Source: Escherichia phage ECML-606-1. From it: a DNA stretch of 64,000 nt. Position 1 is the first letter of the stretch. Every line of letters starts with the position of its first letter. The stretch is taken from the sequence record OL631484.1; one strand, given 5' to 3'. This document shows, piece by piece, positions 54,934-64,000 of this stretch. The position numbers were made by a program, and so were the translations under genes. The notes under the pieces were generated by a model. It saw nothing but the letters and a program-made list of their open reading frames with translations. It ran no database searches and had not been told where the DNA came from.

Positions 54934-55142
54934 TGACTGAAAAAGTAGCTGGAATGACCGCTGAGGAGATCGTGCGTTTCCTCAAAGAGTCCATCGAGAA
55001 ACGTTGCGGCGAACTGCCGTCATGTTCGGAAGTGGTCTGGGACTGCGATAACTTCCTGATCAATTCGCATCAGGTTGTTGGCGATATCTGCGAGAAGTTT
55101 GGCCTGTACTCCAAGCCAGACGAGGACTGGAAAGACGAATAA
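54933..55142 (+). CDS. hypothetical acidic protein
   Basis: 69 aa, ATGA overlap. Confidence 0.4.
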   Translation: MTEKVAGMTAEEIVRFLKESIEKRCGELPSCSEVVWDCDNFLINSHQVVGDICEKFGLYSKPDEDWKDE

Positions 55143-55498
55143 TGGCAATGCGCGTCACTGAACCAAACACCAACGGGCGCGGAGGTAAACGCGCTCAGTA
55201 TAACAAGCTGGAATCGCGGCAGCGTGCCATTGAGAATGGCGATAACACTTACTGGTCGCCGTACCCGTGCAAGCGGGCTGGTCATATTGGCCTGCGTCGC
55301 ACCAGCAGCGGAAAATGTATCGAATGTGAGCGGATGCGCAGCACTGAGCGCAAGAAGAAGCGCCACGATGATTTCAGAGCCAGCATCACCCCAGCACCGC
55401 GCAGCCTTGGCGCTTATGCCCTTATGCGCGGTACCGACTTAACCCCGAACACCAAAAAAATGGAGCCGCAATGTCAGCCAAAGACGAAAAACAAGTGA
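55142..55498 (+). CDS. hypothetical basic protein
   Basis: 118 aa; CKRAG...CIEC Cys pairs. Confidence 0.4.
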   Translation: MAMRVTEPNTNGRGGKRAQYNKLESRQRAIENGDNTYWSPYPCKRAGHIGLRRTSSGKCIECERMRSTERKKKRHDDFRASITPAPRSLGAYALMRGTDLTPNTKKMEPQCQPKTKNK

Positions 55499-55758
55499 TT
55501 ACCCAAGGGGCCGAAGGCCAGATCAATCCGGTCTCCGGTCAGCGGGTTAAATTATTCGTTGATGGTCAGGAGGTGCAGCCGATTGACGCCGACAGCCTGA
55601 GCGTCGAGGTGCCTGCCAAAGAGACCAAACCGACCGATCCGCAGCCGGGCGAGACCAAAAGTAAGCACTTTATCCGCCTGTTCCGTGGCGCGTTCTTCGG
55701 GCCAAACGCCATGCGTAACCACTCCGGCCTTAAATTGAAGAAAGGGAAGCGCAAATGA
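55471..55758 (+). CDS. hypothetical protein
   Basis: 95 aa. Confidence 0.35.
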   Translation: MSAKDEKQVITQGAEGQINPVSGQRVKLFVDGQEVQPIDADSLSVEVPAKETKPTDPQPGETKSKHFIRLFRGAFFGPNAMRNHSGLKLKKGKRK

Positions 55759-56033
55759 GCGACAAATGCAAAGTCATCGGCAATAAACTGACGCCGTGTA
55801 AGCACCTGCAATCTGCTATCCAGCCCGGAAACCCCAGCTCGATTTCTCGCGGTATTTATATTCCTTCACGGGTGAATCTTACTACCGGGGAGCCGGGAAC
55901 TGACATTGTGCAAATCCATTCCGGCGATCATTCCGTGCGCGGTGTAGCCGCTAATTTTTGCCCATTCTGCGGCACGGCGATCAATACATGGGATGCGCCT
56001 GAAAGCGCTGTAAAGGTCAACCATGAAAATTGA
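55755..56033 (+). CDS. small zinc-ribbon protein
   Basis: CK...CKH and CPFCG motifs. Confidence 0.4.
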   Translation: MSDKCKVIGNKLTPCKHLQSAIQPGNPSSISRGIYIPSRVNLTTGEPGTDIVQIHSGDHSVRGVAANFCPFCGTAINTWDAPESAVKVNHEN

Positions 56034-56580
56034 AGACACCCAGACGCGCACCATCAAGATCTGGGATCTGCCGGAATACTTCGACATCATCCTGGTGAAT
56101 ATCAGCAACACTTATCCCGGTGCCGGGCGTCTGACGCTTACCGCCGACAGCGACAGCTGGAGCCACTACTGGAGTGCTATGGGTGAGGATCGCCCGCTGG
56201 AGCAATTCCTGCTGGACACCAACGTGGATTACATCGTCATGAAGCTGGGGAACGGCATCAGCAGCACGCTGGATGAGCGCGACGATGAGCAGTGCGCCAA
56301 AGCCATCCAGCGCGCGATCCTCAAAGCTCGTCGGCGTGGAGACATCACGGCGGCAGAAGCGCATCAGGCTTACTTCGACATCGAAGGTTGCGAGAATATT
56401 TATAACCGCTGGGTGTATACCGATGATTTTTATGCCTGCGGTCGCGTTGACGATGACGATATCAAATGGCCTGAGCCACCATCTAACCCGGCATATGAGC
56501 GTCTGGAGTATGCCGTCACCAAAATGCGCGAAGCGCTTACCCAGTTGAAGGAGAAAACCGATGCCACTGCCACCGTTTAA
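56023..56580 (+). CDS. hypothetical acidic protein
   Basis: 185 aa. Confidence 0.45.
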   Translation: MKIEDTQTRTIKIWDLPEYFDIILVNISNTYPGAGRLTLTADSDSWSHYWSAMGEDRPLEQFLLDTNVDYIVMKLGNGISSTLDERDDEQCAKAIQRAILKARRRGDITAAEAHQAYFDIEGCENIYNRWVYTDDFYACGRVDDDDIKWPEPPSNPAYERLEYAVTKMREALTQLKEKTDATATV

Positions 56581-56980
56581 TGACACATTCCCTCGCGTAT
56601 CAGTTGAGGTCAGAGAACTGAATCAGCTGCGGGCCATCAGGGACGCCGCCATGCAGCTGCTGCGCTGCAAAGGTCGCTACCACTCCGAACTCAATTACAA
56701 AGCGCTGGCTGAGGCGCTGGGCGTTACCTCAATCCCTGACGTTAGCCCGTGGCATGACCGAAATAAAATTCAGCCGCTCCTCCCGGAATCGCAGGTGGCC
56801 GGAGATAATATTTTTGAGCACGTTGCGGTACTGACTCGCTGGGAAGGTGATCAGCATCCTTGCGTCGGCTACTACATCGGCAATAACCAATTCCAGCACG
56901 CTGACGGCACAATGGAAGGTCGGATCGGTTGGGGCGGTAAAAAGTATCGCTGCATCGAATGGATGGAGTTGCCAGTATGA
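56561..56980 (+). CDS. hypothetical protein
   Basis: 139 aa. Confidence 0.45.
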   Translation: MPLPPFNDTFPRVSVEVRELNQLRAIRDAAMQLLRCKGRYHSELNYKALAEALGVTSIPDVSPWHDRNKIQPLLPESQVAGDNIFEHVAVLTRWEGDQHPCVGYYIGNNQFQHADGTMEGRIGWGGKKYRCIEWMELPV

Positions 56981-57216
56981 CCGCGCGTGCGTACATGGGG
57001 CCAAAGCGCCGGGATCAGTTTATCGATCCGCTGCCGGGCGCAATCATGAAGGCACGCCAGATGAACATGGACGATCCGAACCACGCGCATTTCTGCGTCG
57101 TGCAGTGTCATGGGGAGGTGCAGGTGCTCCGGCATATCGACAGCAGCTGGCGAGTGCTTTACAGCACGCGGCATGACGAGGAAAAGAAGACGTTTCTCCG
57201 GCAAAAGTACCATTAA
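56977..57216 (+). CDS. hypothetical protein
   Basis: ATG 56977 in ATGA overlap (track ORF from 56959). Confidence 0.35.
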   Translation: MTARAYMGPKRRDQFIDPLPGAIMKARQMNMDDPNHAHFCVVQCHGEVQVLRHIDSSWRVLYSTRHDEEKKTFLRQKYH

Positions 57217-57246
57217 AAATAAAGCCCCTTACGGGGCTTTTTTTAT
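57217..57246. terminator. bidirectional terminator at convergence of plus-strand operon and primase gene
   Basis: AAAGCCCC-TTAC-GGGGCTTT hairpin flanked by A-run and T8. Confidence 0.65.
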
Positions 57247-60128
57247 AGCGGTAAATCTTCCTGAATCGCGCCTACATCGAGGCATTCATGGATTGGAATG
57301 GCTACGCACGCCTTGGCACCGTCGCCGCGCACTACGCGCCGTTTAGTGCGCTCAGCGCCGGGGATTCGCATCAGCTGGCCCGGCAAGTTGGTAGAGAATG
57401 ACTGCTCAGCGATCATCTTTTTAAGCTGACCGGGCATACTGACAAGCACCAGCACGCGCCCGTCAAACTCATCGTATTTCATGCCCAGATAGCTCAGCGC
57501 CGTGATGGCGTCATTCATCTGGATGCTGCCCGGAATATCCAGCTTGGCGTTATGCTTCCCGGCATAGACGCGAGCCAGCAGGTCACGCACGGAATACTCA
57601 ATCGTGTTGTATTTAACGAGACTTGAGAGCAGGAAGGATAGCGCCTGCTGGGCATCATCATCTTCTTTCTCCGGCAGGGAATCCGACCAGTCGAATTGTT
57701 CCAGGTATGCCAGAGCCACTTCCTCAGACGGCGCGACATCATGATCCAGCATGTAGTCACCCGCCATAAGAGTACCCAGCTGGTCAGTGTTACGCTGCGA
57801 GCCAAAGGCTTTCAGGCCGATGCGCCGGAACACGTTCACAGCTTTCAGGATCTCAGGCATCAGCATGACGCTGCGTGATACCCAGCGATCAGAGAATGAT
57901 TCATCCTCAAGCTGGAGGCGCATTTCGTACTCGGTATCAAGCCAGACTTGCTTTGCTGCTGCGTCGGTTGGGTCGGAGGCGTTGAGCTCCAGCAGGGTAA
58001 AGCGGTCGCTATCGGCTTTCTTGTCGATTTGCGGGTTGATGGAGCCGAACATAAACATGCTGCTGATTAGATAGCTTTGCTCGTCACCTGAGGCTGAGCC
58101 TTTCGCAGTTTTAGCGCGGGACAGGCTGGACGCCTGCCGGGCCATCGTCATGACCGCAGCCATGCTTTCCTTGCTCTTACGGTCGTTACTTTCCGCCTCA
58201 TCCATCCCTACTGGCTGCGACTTATTACGCAGCGTCTGACGGATCCCCGCCTCTGACGAGTTACCCTGGAAATACAGCATCGAATCGCCAAGAATCCCGG
58301 CGTAATGGTTGAGCACGGTGGATTTACCGGAGCCTGCTGGCCCTGTGATCCAGATGTGCGGACGCCACGGGAGGATCCCGCAGATAGGCGCGAGGAATGT
58401 CCAGCCACAAAGCAGGTTGGCGAACTGCGGACGCCGCCAGCGCAGGCGGTTGGCAATATTCCGCACTTCCCGCGCCTGCACATCCGTTAAGGCCGTCATA
58501 ATCTTCACCAGTGGCTTGGTGATGGTGTAGACGTAATTGCCGGGGATGAAGCGCAGCGGGTGATCTTTTCCGTTGTAAATCGCCCCGGTGCCATAATGGA
58601 AAATCAGCGCGTCACCATCACGCCACGCGCCCGGCGCTCGCACCTTGGCCTCGTCGAACGGGCCAACGATGTGGGAGATTTTGATCAGGTCGTTTTGCGC
58701 GGTGGCAATCTCGAACTGATCTTTAGAATTGAGGTAATGATCATCCCACCACTCCTTTGGAGCCAGCATATAGAGGTTGCTGGCCTGCATCTGGTTGGTT
58801 TTCAGGTTCACGACTTCTTTCATCGCGTTGACGTAGAAGAAGTAATGGAGGCTGCGGTGCCCCAGAAAACGGAAATGCGGGTTATTGGAGTAAATAGCCC
58901 GGTCAATGCTGGCATTCTGGTTCATTTTCTCAGTGTCGAGAGCCTTGGCCCATGGGGCTGGCTCCTCTCCTGAGGCGTCGGCTGGCTCCTCGTCTTCATC
59001 GTCATCCAGAGGGCTTGGCAGCACTGGCGGAGGAGGATTAAGCACGATATCAAACTGAGCAGCTACCACGTCCAGACCTTCACGGCAGTGCAGATCGTTG
59101 AAGTCGGTAGGCTCGCCTTCCAGTGACGCGAACTGCGGGAAGATAGCCTGACCGCCCAGAATCTCAGCAGCCTCTTTCCCCTTTTTACGCCCGGCGTTGT
59201 TAGGAACGGATTTAACAAAGGTGAACTGGTCATTGTCGCCGCCGATCAGGAAGCGGGGATTTTTCCCAGACTTTTTCAGCTTCTCTTTGAGGGCCTTGGC
59301 GACGTTGACAAGGTTCCCGGCATCCAGACAGACGATAACGGCGTGCCCGGTCGCTTCATGGATAGAGGCCCCGGTGGCGTAGCCCTCGCACAGGATGAAA
59401 ACCATGCGGTCATTGATGGTCTTCGGCTTGCCGATCATGTGATAGCGGCCCATCTTCGCGCCGCCCGGTAAAAATAGCTTGTTGGTCGCGTCCTCAGGCA
59501 CCGATGAAGGCGGTACGATGGCTTGCAGTGACCAGATTTTTTTCGGGTTGAACACATCCACCAGCGGCATCAGCAGCGCGGTATCTGTCAGCTTTTTCCA
59601 ATATCCTCGGTCTTCTTTCTCTACCGGAGGCACCCAGACCGACCACGGGCCAACGCGGAGCCCGTAGGCTTTAACCTGCTTGGCTTTCAGATAGTCATGG
59701 TCTGCTGGCACATCTTCACTGGCAGCATCCCAGATATTCGTTGCGATGACGGATTTCTTTTCTTCCTTCTCGGCACGCTCTTTCTGGCGCAACGCATCAC
59801 GCGCAGCGCACTCAGCTTTAAACTTAGCCTTTTCCTCAGCCGACAGCGGGGCAAAGTTGCCTTCCATCTGCCATTTAATGCCTTCGGGAGAAGTTTTGCG
59901 GTGATCGCCAAAGACACCAGCCGGGCGATCATCGTAATAGAATTTGAACCATCCGGGCTCGCCATGGTTGGCATCCTCAGGACGGAAGCGATCAGGCGGT
60001 GAGCCTGCGAGAGAAGGTAAAATTTCGCCGTGGTATTCAATACCAGCATCGAACATAGCAGCGCGAAAGGCTTCGGTAGCGTCTGCTAGTGTTGGTCTTT
60101 CTGAATAGTTATTAGATTCGTTAGCCAC
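57243..60128 (-). CDS. DNA primase-helicase (TOPRIM + P-loop NTPase)
   Basis: 961 aa; TOPRIM-like ILCEGYATG and FLIGGDNDQ; Walker A ITGPAGSGKST; GTG start at 60128 with AAGGA SD. Confidence 0.6.
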   Translation of the reverse strand: MANESNNYSERPTLADATEAFRAAMFDAGIEYHGEILPSLAGSPPDRFRPEDANHGEPGWFKFYYDDRPAGVFGDHRKTSPEGIKWQMEGNFAPLSAEEKAKFKAECAARDALRQKERAEKEEKKSVIATNIWDAASEDVPADHDYLKAKQVKAYGLRVGPWSVWVPPVEKEDRGYWKKLTDTALLMPLVDVFNPKKIWSLQAIVPPSSVPEDATNKLFLPGGAKMGRYHMIGKPKTINDRMVFILCEGYATGASIHEATGHAVIVCLDAGNLVNVAKALKEKLKKSGKNPRFLIGGDNDQFTFVKSVPNNAGRKKGKEAAEILGGQAIFPQFASLEGEPTDFNDLHCREGLDVVAAQFDIVLNPPPPVLPSPLDDDEDEEPADASGEEPAPWAKALDTEKMNQNASIDRAIYSNNPHFRFLGHRSLHYFFYVNAMKEVVNLKTNQMQASNLYMLAPKEWWDDHYLNSKDQFEIATAQNDLIKISHIVGPFDEAKVRAPGAWRDGDALIFHYGTGAIYNGKDHPLRFIPGNYVYTITKPLVKIMTALTDVQAREVRNIANRLRWRRPQFANLLCGWTFLAPICGILPWRPHIWITGPAGSGKSTVLNHYAGILGDSMLYFQGNSSEAGIRQTLRNKSQPVGMDEAESNDRKSKESMAAVMTMARQASSLSRAKTAKGSASGDEQSYLISSMFMFGSINPQIDKKADSDRFTLLELNASDPTDAAAKQVWLDTEYEMRLQLEDESFSDRWVSRSVMLMPEILKAVNVFRRIGLKAFGSQRNTDQLGTLMAGDYMLDHDVAPSEEVALAYLEQFDWSDSLPEKEDDDAQQALSFLLSSLVKYNTIEYSVRDLLARVYAGKHNAKLDIPGSIQMNDAITALSYLGMKYDEFDGRVLVLVSMPGQLKKMIAEQSFSTNLPGQLMRIPGAERTKRRVVRGDGAKACVAIPIHECLDVGAIQEDLPL

Positions 60129-60296
60129 GTCTGTTCCTTAACAAATATCTAACATGAGCCCGCTCCGTTGTTTTAAGGATGCCGGGAGAAGGGTAAAGGA
60201 ACGGAAACCCCGCTACCCGGTAGCTAATCGGGCAGTCTCCCGGCATTTGTCATGACGACGCGTGCTAATTTAAGCCGCTTCGCTCAGACTGTCTAA

Positions 60297-60746
60297 TCAT
60301 TTTTGCACTTTTTTCTTATTGACGAACCACTCTTTAACGACTAACTCAGCCTCCTCCGGGCTGTTAGCGAAGCCTGCGATTCCCCCGGCTGCATTCACTC
60401 GGTCAATGGTTTCCTGCTGCTCCTGAGTGCGCTTGCCGCCCTCTGATCGCTTGGCATCAAAGACGCTGTAAACCGCGATTTTGCTCCCCACCATTTCCGG
60501 CGTGATTTCTACAGTGATATACCCGTTGAGGTCAAGCGTGCCCGTAACGGATTCGCCTGAGGTTGTGGAGAAGCCCAGCGCGATGCTGCGAGGCTGTTTG
60601 ATTAGCATCCCCTGCGGCGTCTTCGTGCAGCCGCGAGGGCCCAGCGAGGAGAGCCATGCACGCCCGGTGTTGATGCGGAAGAAGCGCCCGCCAAGTTTCG
60701 ACAGCTTGGCCCAGATCTGTTTTTGCGTTTCGTTTTCTAATGCCAT
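60297..60746 (-). CDS. VRR-NUC domain nuclease (putative)
   Basis: GTLDLNGYI ... VFDAKRSEGGKRTQEQQETIDRVNAAGGIAGF fits the PD-(D/E)XK VRR-NUC pattern. Confidence 0.5.
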   Translation of the reverse strand: MALENETQKQIWAKLSKLGGRFFRINTGRAWLSSLGPRGCTKTPQGMLIKQPRSIALGFSTTSGESVTGTLDLNGYITVEITPEMVGSKIAVYSVFDAKRSEGGKRTQEQQETIDRVNAAGGIAGFANSPEEAELVVKEWFVNKKKVQK

Positions 60747-60812
60747 TGGATTGTCCTCTTGTAAAAAAGCGCCGGGGTCGGCGCTTTGGAGTTTTATGCT
60801 GTGAAGGTCAGA

Positions 60813-61334
60813 TTAGAACGGGATATCATCATCGAAGTCCATCGGTGGCTCAGAGCCTTGTCCGCCTTGTTGCTGGTTTTGTGGTGGACGCTGCTGCTGG
60901 CGTGGCTGCTGATTGCCCTTAGGCTGCTGAGGCTGGCCCCAGCCCCCTTGTTGCTGGCCTCCGCCTTGGCCTTGTCCGCCCTGCTGGCCTTTGCTGTTCG
61001 GGCCCTTCTCACCAAACTGGAAGGTATTAGCAAGGATCTCGGTCGTGTATTTCTTCACGCCGTCCTGCTCCCACTCGCGCGTCTGGAGTTTTCCATGCAC
61101 TAAGATCTCATCGCCTTTGCGCATGTACTCGCCAACTACCTCAGCGGCTTTGTTCCATAATACAACGCGGTGCCACTCAGTTTTTTCTTTCTGTTCGCCC
61201 GTGTTCTTGTCGCGCCAGCGCTCGGAAGTCGCCACGCTCAGGGTACAGGTGGCAGCGCCGCCTGCGGTGTAACGTACCTCAGGATCCGCACCTAAGCGGC
61301 CCTGAACAATAACCATGTTAATTGATGCGCCCAT
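60813..61334 (-). CDS. ssb: single-stranded DNA-binding protein
   Basis: OB-fold N-terminus ([17 protein letters not shown]), Gly/Gln-rich linker, acidic tail DFDDDIPF. Confidence 0.85.
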   Translation of the reverse strand: MGASINMVIVQGRLGADPEVRYTAGGAATCTLSVATSERWRDKNTGEQKEKTEWHRVVLWNKAAEVVGEYMRKGDEILVHGKLQTREWEQDGVKKYTTEILANTFQFGEKGPNSKGQQGGQGQGGGQQQGGWGQPQQPKGNQQPRQQQRPPQNQQQGGQGSEPPMDFDDDIPF

Positions 61335-61347
61335 TTATCGTTCCTCG

Positions 61348-63078
61348 TTAGAAATATTGCGGCTCGTCGCCGTTTTGTTGCGGTTTGAAATAATCCAGCA
61401 CGCTGGCACCATTTTTGATAGCTGAATAGACAACGCGCATGGCGCTGATATCGTCCATAGTGAAGTTGCCGACCGGGATCCCCATGTGGGCTTCCAGCTG
61501 CTCCTCGTTGACGCCAAAGGCTGCAAACGCGGTAATAAGGCGCTCGCAGCGGTCTTTGAGCATCTGCTGCTCCTGCTCGATCTGGAGATAAACTTTCTTC
61601 ATGCGGGCTTCCAGCATACGGTGAGCCCACTGCGGCTTATAGCCACGCTCAGCAGCCAGCGCCAGCAGCTCGTCAAGTGTTTCAGCTCGCGCGGTCTCTT
61701 TGCGCTTCTGCGCGGACACGCGACGGGCTTCCTCCTTGGCGGCTTCCTTCTGGCGCTTCTTCATCATTTCCGGCGTCAGCTCCAGCATGTTCTCGTCGGA
61801 GTGATCCAGCTTGAGGGCGACCGCACGCTCAATCTCCGCGCCGCAGTCCGGGCAGACCATATCGACGCCGGACGCCGGGTTATTGAGGCGGTGGATGCGC
61901 CCGGCTTCTTTGCCCTCGCCGCGATAGAAGACATAGAAGCATTTACCGCACTGCACCAGCGCACTGCTCGCGGTGCTTTTCTTCTCGGTAAAGTCCATAT
62001 CGCTGTCCAGCGACCATTCCCTTTCCATTTCTGCCGGGCCGTGCTCGAAGATCATCCCGGCATGGTCGAGGACGTAGCAGCATTCTTTGCCCGGTGCCGG
62101 GCGCAGGCCGCGTCCGATAACCTGCAAATAGCTGGAGAGGGACATGGAGAGGCGCAGGAGGATAATCACCTCGATCTCCGGCACATCCACGCCCTCGATC
62201 AGGATGCCGACGAAAGCGACCATCAGCAGCTCGCGCCGGGCCAGTCTGCCTAGCACGTCAGCGCGGCGCTCGTCGTCATCCTCACCGCAGAGCACTTCTG
62301 CCGGAATGCCTGCCCGGCTGAATTCATCCGCTACGTGAGTGGCGTGCGCGATGGTGACGCACCATGCGATCCCCGGCTTGCCATAGCACTTCGCCCGGTA
62401 CTGCTTAACGGCGTCGCCGTTGAGCGCTGGCGTGTCCATGGCCTCCTCAACCTGCTGCTGGTTGTAGTCGCCCATCTTCGTGGTGAACTGCGAGGTATTG
62501 ACGCGGGTCTCACCGACGAAATAGCGCGGACGTACCAGGAATCCGCGACGAATCAGCTCACCAATAGAGATAACCTGAATCAGGCGATCAAAGTGCCCGC
62601 CATACTCGCGGCCCAGCGGCTTGTTATCCAGACGGCAAGGGGAGCCAGTAACGCCCAGCACTTTGGCGTTAGGCCAGTGGGACAGAATTTTATGGTAGGT
62701 CGCTGCCGCCGACAGATGCGATTCGTCGATAACGATGATGTCAGGCGTGAAGGGGCATTTTTTGAGGCGGCGAGCCAGCGACTGAATAGACGCCACCTGC
62801 ACCAGATGATGATACTGCTCACGGTTCCCAGCCATGATAATGCCGTGGGGAATACCGAAAGCGGACATTTTAGCCGACGCCTGCTTAATCAACAGATCGC
62901 GGTGCGCCAGCACCAGCACGCGTCGGCCTTTTAATGCCGCGTTTTTGGCTATCTCGCAGAAAACTACAGTCTTACCTGCACCTGTAGCCATGACCAAAAG
63001 CACACCGCGAACCTCGCGGAAGGCGACGCGTGTCGCGCTGACAGCATCGCCCTGATAATCACGCAGCTCAAACGCCAT
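61348..63078 (-). CDS. DEAH-box (SF2) helicase
   Basis: Walker A LVMATGAGKT, motif II VIDESH, C-terminal zinc-ribbon CGKC...CPDCG. Confidence 0.7.
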   Translation of the reverse strand: MAFELRDYQGDAVSATRVAFREVRGVLLVMATGAGKTVVFCEIAKNAALKGRRVLVLAHRDLLIKQASAKMSAFGIPHGIIMAGNREQYHHLVQVASIQSLARRLKKCPFTPDIIVIDESHLSAAATYHKILSHWPNAKVLGVTGSPCRLDNKPLGREYGGHFDRLIQVISIGELIRRGFLVRPRYFVGETRVNTSQFTTKMGDYNQQQVEEAMDTPALNGDAVKQYRAKCYGKPGIAWCVTIAHATHVADEFSRAGIPAEVLCGEDDDERRADVLGRLARRELLMVAFVGILIEGVDVPEIEVIILLRLSMSLSSYLQVIGRGLRPAPGKECCYVLDHAGMIFEHGPAEMEREWSLDSDMDFTEKKSTASSALVQCGKCFYVFYRGEGKEAGRIHRLNNPASGVDMVCPDCGAEIERAVALKLDHSDENMLELTPEMMKKRQKEAAKEEARRVSAQKRKETARAETLDELLALAAERGYKPQWAHRMLEARMKKVYLQIEQEQQMLKDRCERLITAFAAFGVNEEQLEAHMGIPVGNFTMDDISAMRVVYSAIKNGASVLDYFKPQQNGDEPQYF

Positions 63079-63132
63079 TTCTCTCTCCGTGAACGTGTGC
63101 GGAATAAAGGTTGAAGGGGCCGCACCCGTAAA

Positions 63133-63486
63133 TTATTTGGCTTTCTTTTCTTCTCGCTCTTGGCGCAGGAATTCCCCGCGCTGTTCGTCGGTCATGCTTT
63201 CCAGCATATCCCGGCGCTCCTGCTGAGCGGCTTCTACTTTTACCAGCTCGTCGATAAAGAGATCAACGACCATGATGGATTTGGGGATGCGCTCGAACCA
63301 GCGATCCGGTGTTGAGCGGCTAACGCCAGCTCGACGGCAGAGCTCAGCAATAGAGATACCGCAGGCATCAGCACGTTTGCGGATGTCTTTAATCCTCAGG
63401 TCGAAGTCCTCAGAAAACGAGCGTTCGAACTCAGGCGCTTTAACTGGGGGCTTAATGCCTTTTCGTGGTGCCATTTTACACTCCAT
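63133..63486 (-). CDS. HTH DNA-binding protein
   Basis: ISIAELCRRAGVSRSTPDRWF helix-turn-helix. Confidence 0.5.
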   Translation of the reverse strand: MECKMAPRKGIKPPVKAPEFERSFSEDFDLRIKDIRKRADACGISIAELCRRAGVSRSTPDRWFERIPKSIMVVDLFIDELVKVEAAQQERRDMLESMTDEQRGEFLRQEREEKKAK

Positions 63487-63602
63487 TTATAAATCGCCTC
63501 GATGTTATCTAATTTGCAGCGATTACGCCACAGGATTATCACTTGCAGCGTCCAAAATTTGCGTATAGAATCGCCGTCACACCCCAAACGATGGACGCTA
63601 AC

Positions 63603-64000
63603 ATGAAAACTATCGGATATTCAGAGCACCCGTTAGGCTTCGTTGATATTGATAACGACGCCTATCACGCAGGGCCGGGGGTCAGTAAATCACACCTTGA
63701 CCTGATTCGTCGTAAGTCACCGAAACATTACTGGCACCGTTACCTTAACCCAGAGCGCGAGCCTGAGGAGAAGACCGTACCCATGATCGTTGGGCAGGCA
63801 ACGCACTTTGCGATCCTCCAGCCTGAGCTCTTTGAGTCTCGCGTGGTCAAAGGGCTGGAACATGCCCGCCGTTCAAACGCAGAGAAGCAGGCATGGTCTG
63901 AGTTTGAGGCCGCTAACAAAGGCAATTACATCGTAAGCGCCGACATGTACGACCGGATCCGCTATATCCGCGACGCCGTTTGGTCAGAGCCTGAGTGCGC
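63603..64000 (+). CDS. PD-(D/E)XK-type exonuclease, RecE/exonuclease VIII-like (partial, runs off window end)
   Basis: ATG 63603; N-terminus ...DNDAYHAGPGVSKSHLDLIRRKSPKHYWHRY resembles PDDEXK exonuclease-8-like proteins; no stop before 64000. Confidence 0.45.
   Translation, partial: MKTIGYSEHPLGFVDIDNDAYHAGPGVSKSHLDLIRRKSPKHYWHRYLNPEREPEEKTVPMIVGQATHFAILQPELFESRVVKGLEHARRSNAEKQAWSEFEAANKGNYIVSADMYDRIRYIRDAVWSEPEC

Noticed and set aside
1-64000. Integrase, transposase or other mobile-element boundary
   Set aside because: No tyrosine- or serine-recombinase motif or terminal inverted repeat recognised in any frame; whether the element is an integrated prophage cannot be decided from this window

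Overview
The window reads as one contiguous stretch of a tailed dsDNA bacteriophage or prophage genome with enterobacterial-style codon usage, Shine-Dalgarno sites and sigma70-like promoters. No database search was possible, so every product call rests on motifs read directly from the translations, and start codons are approximate (the ORF track begins some ORFs at TTG or GTG). Layout: (i) 1-22.8 kb, minus strand, is a virion module: capsid, scaffold, a head protein, MuF-like head morphogenesis protein, portal, GpA-like large terminase, tail fibre with a C-terminal intramolecular-chaperone domain, a Nudix hydrolase and a 2257-aa giant protein. A plus-strand island sits between portal and terminase: promoter, two atypical tRNA-like elements, a canonical tRNA-Asn(GTT), a terminator and a Ser/His-rich protein. 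(ii) 22.8-53.4 kb, minus strand, holds about 60 small early/middle genes, including three DNA methyltransferases, three HTH regulators, many zinc-ribbon and small membrane proteins, a YadA/Eib-like trimeric autotransporter and a secreted tandem-repeat protein. (iii) 53.5-57.2 kb is a plus-strand operon of 12 small genes. (iv) 57.2-64 kb is a replication/recombination module: primase-helicase, VRR-NUC nuclease, SSB, DEAH helicase, HTH protein and a partial PD-(D/E)XK exonuclease. The strongest candidate for an undescribed system is the giant protein, whose C-terminus carries a C3/VIP2-class ADP-ribosyltransferase signature, with a Nudix hydrolase encoded just downstream. Other leads are a recurring palindromic operator (ACGTCA-N4-TGACGT) inside promoter spacers, a roughly 400-bp GGAACGG iteron plus microsatellite region next to an HTH gene, and the two long tRNA-like elements. 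No integrase, DNA polymerase, endolysin or tail tube/sheath gene was recognised in the window.
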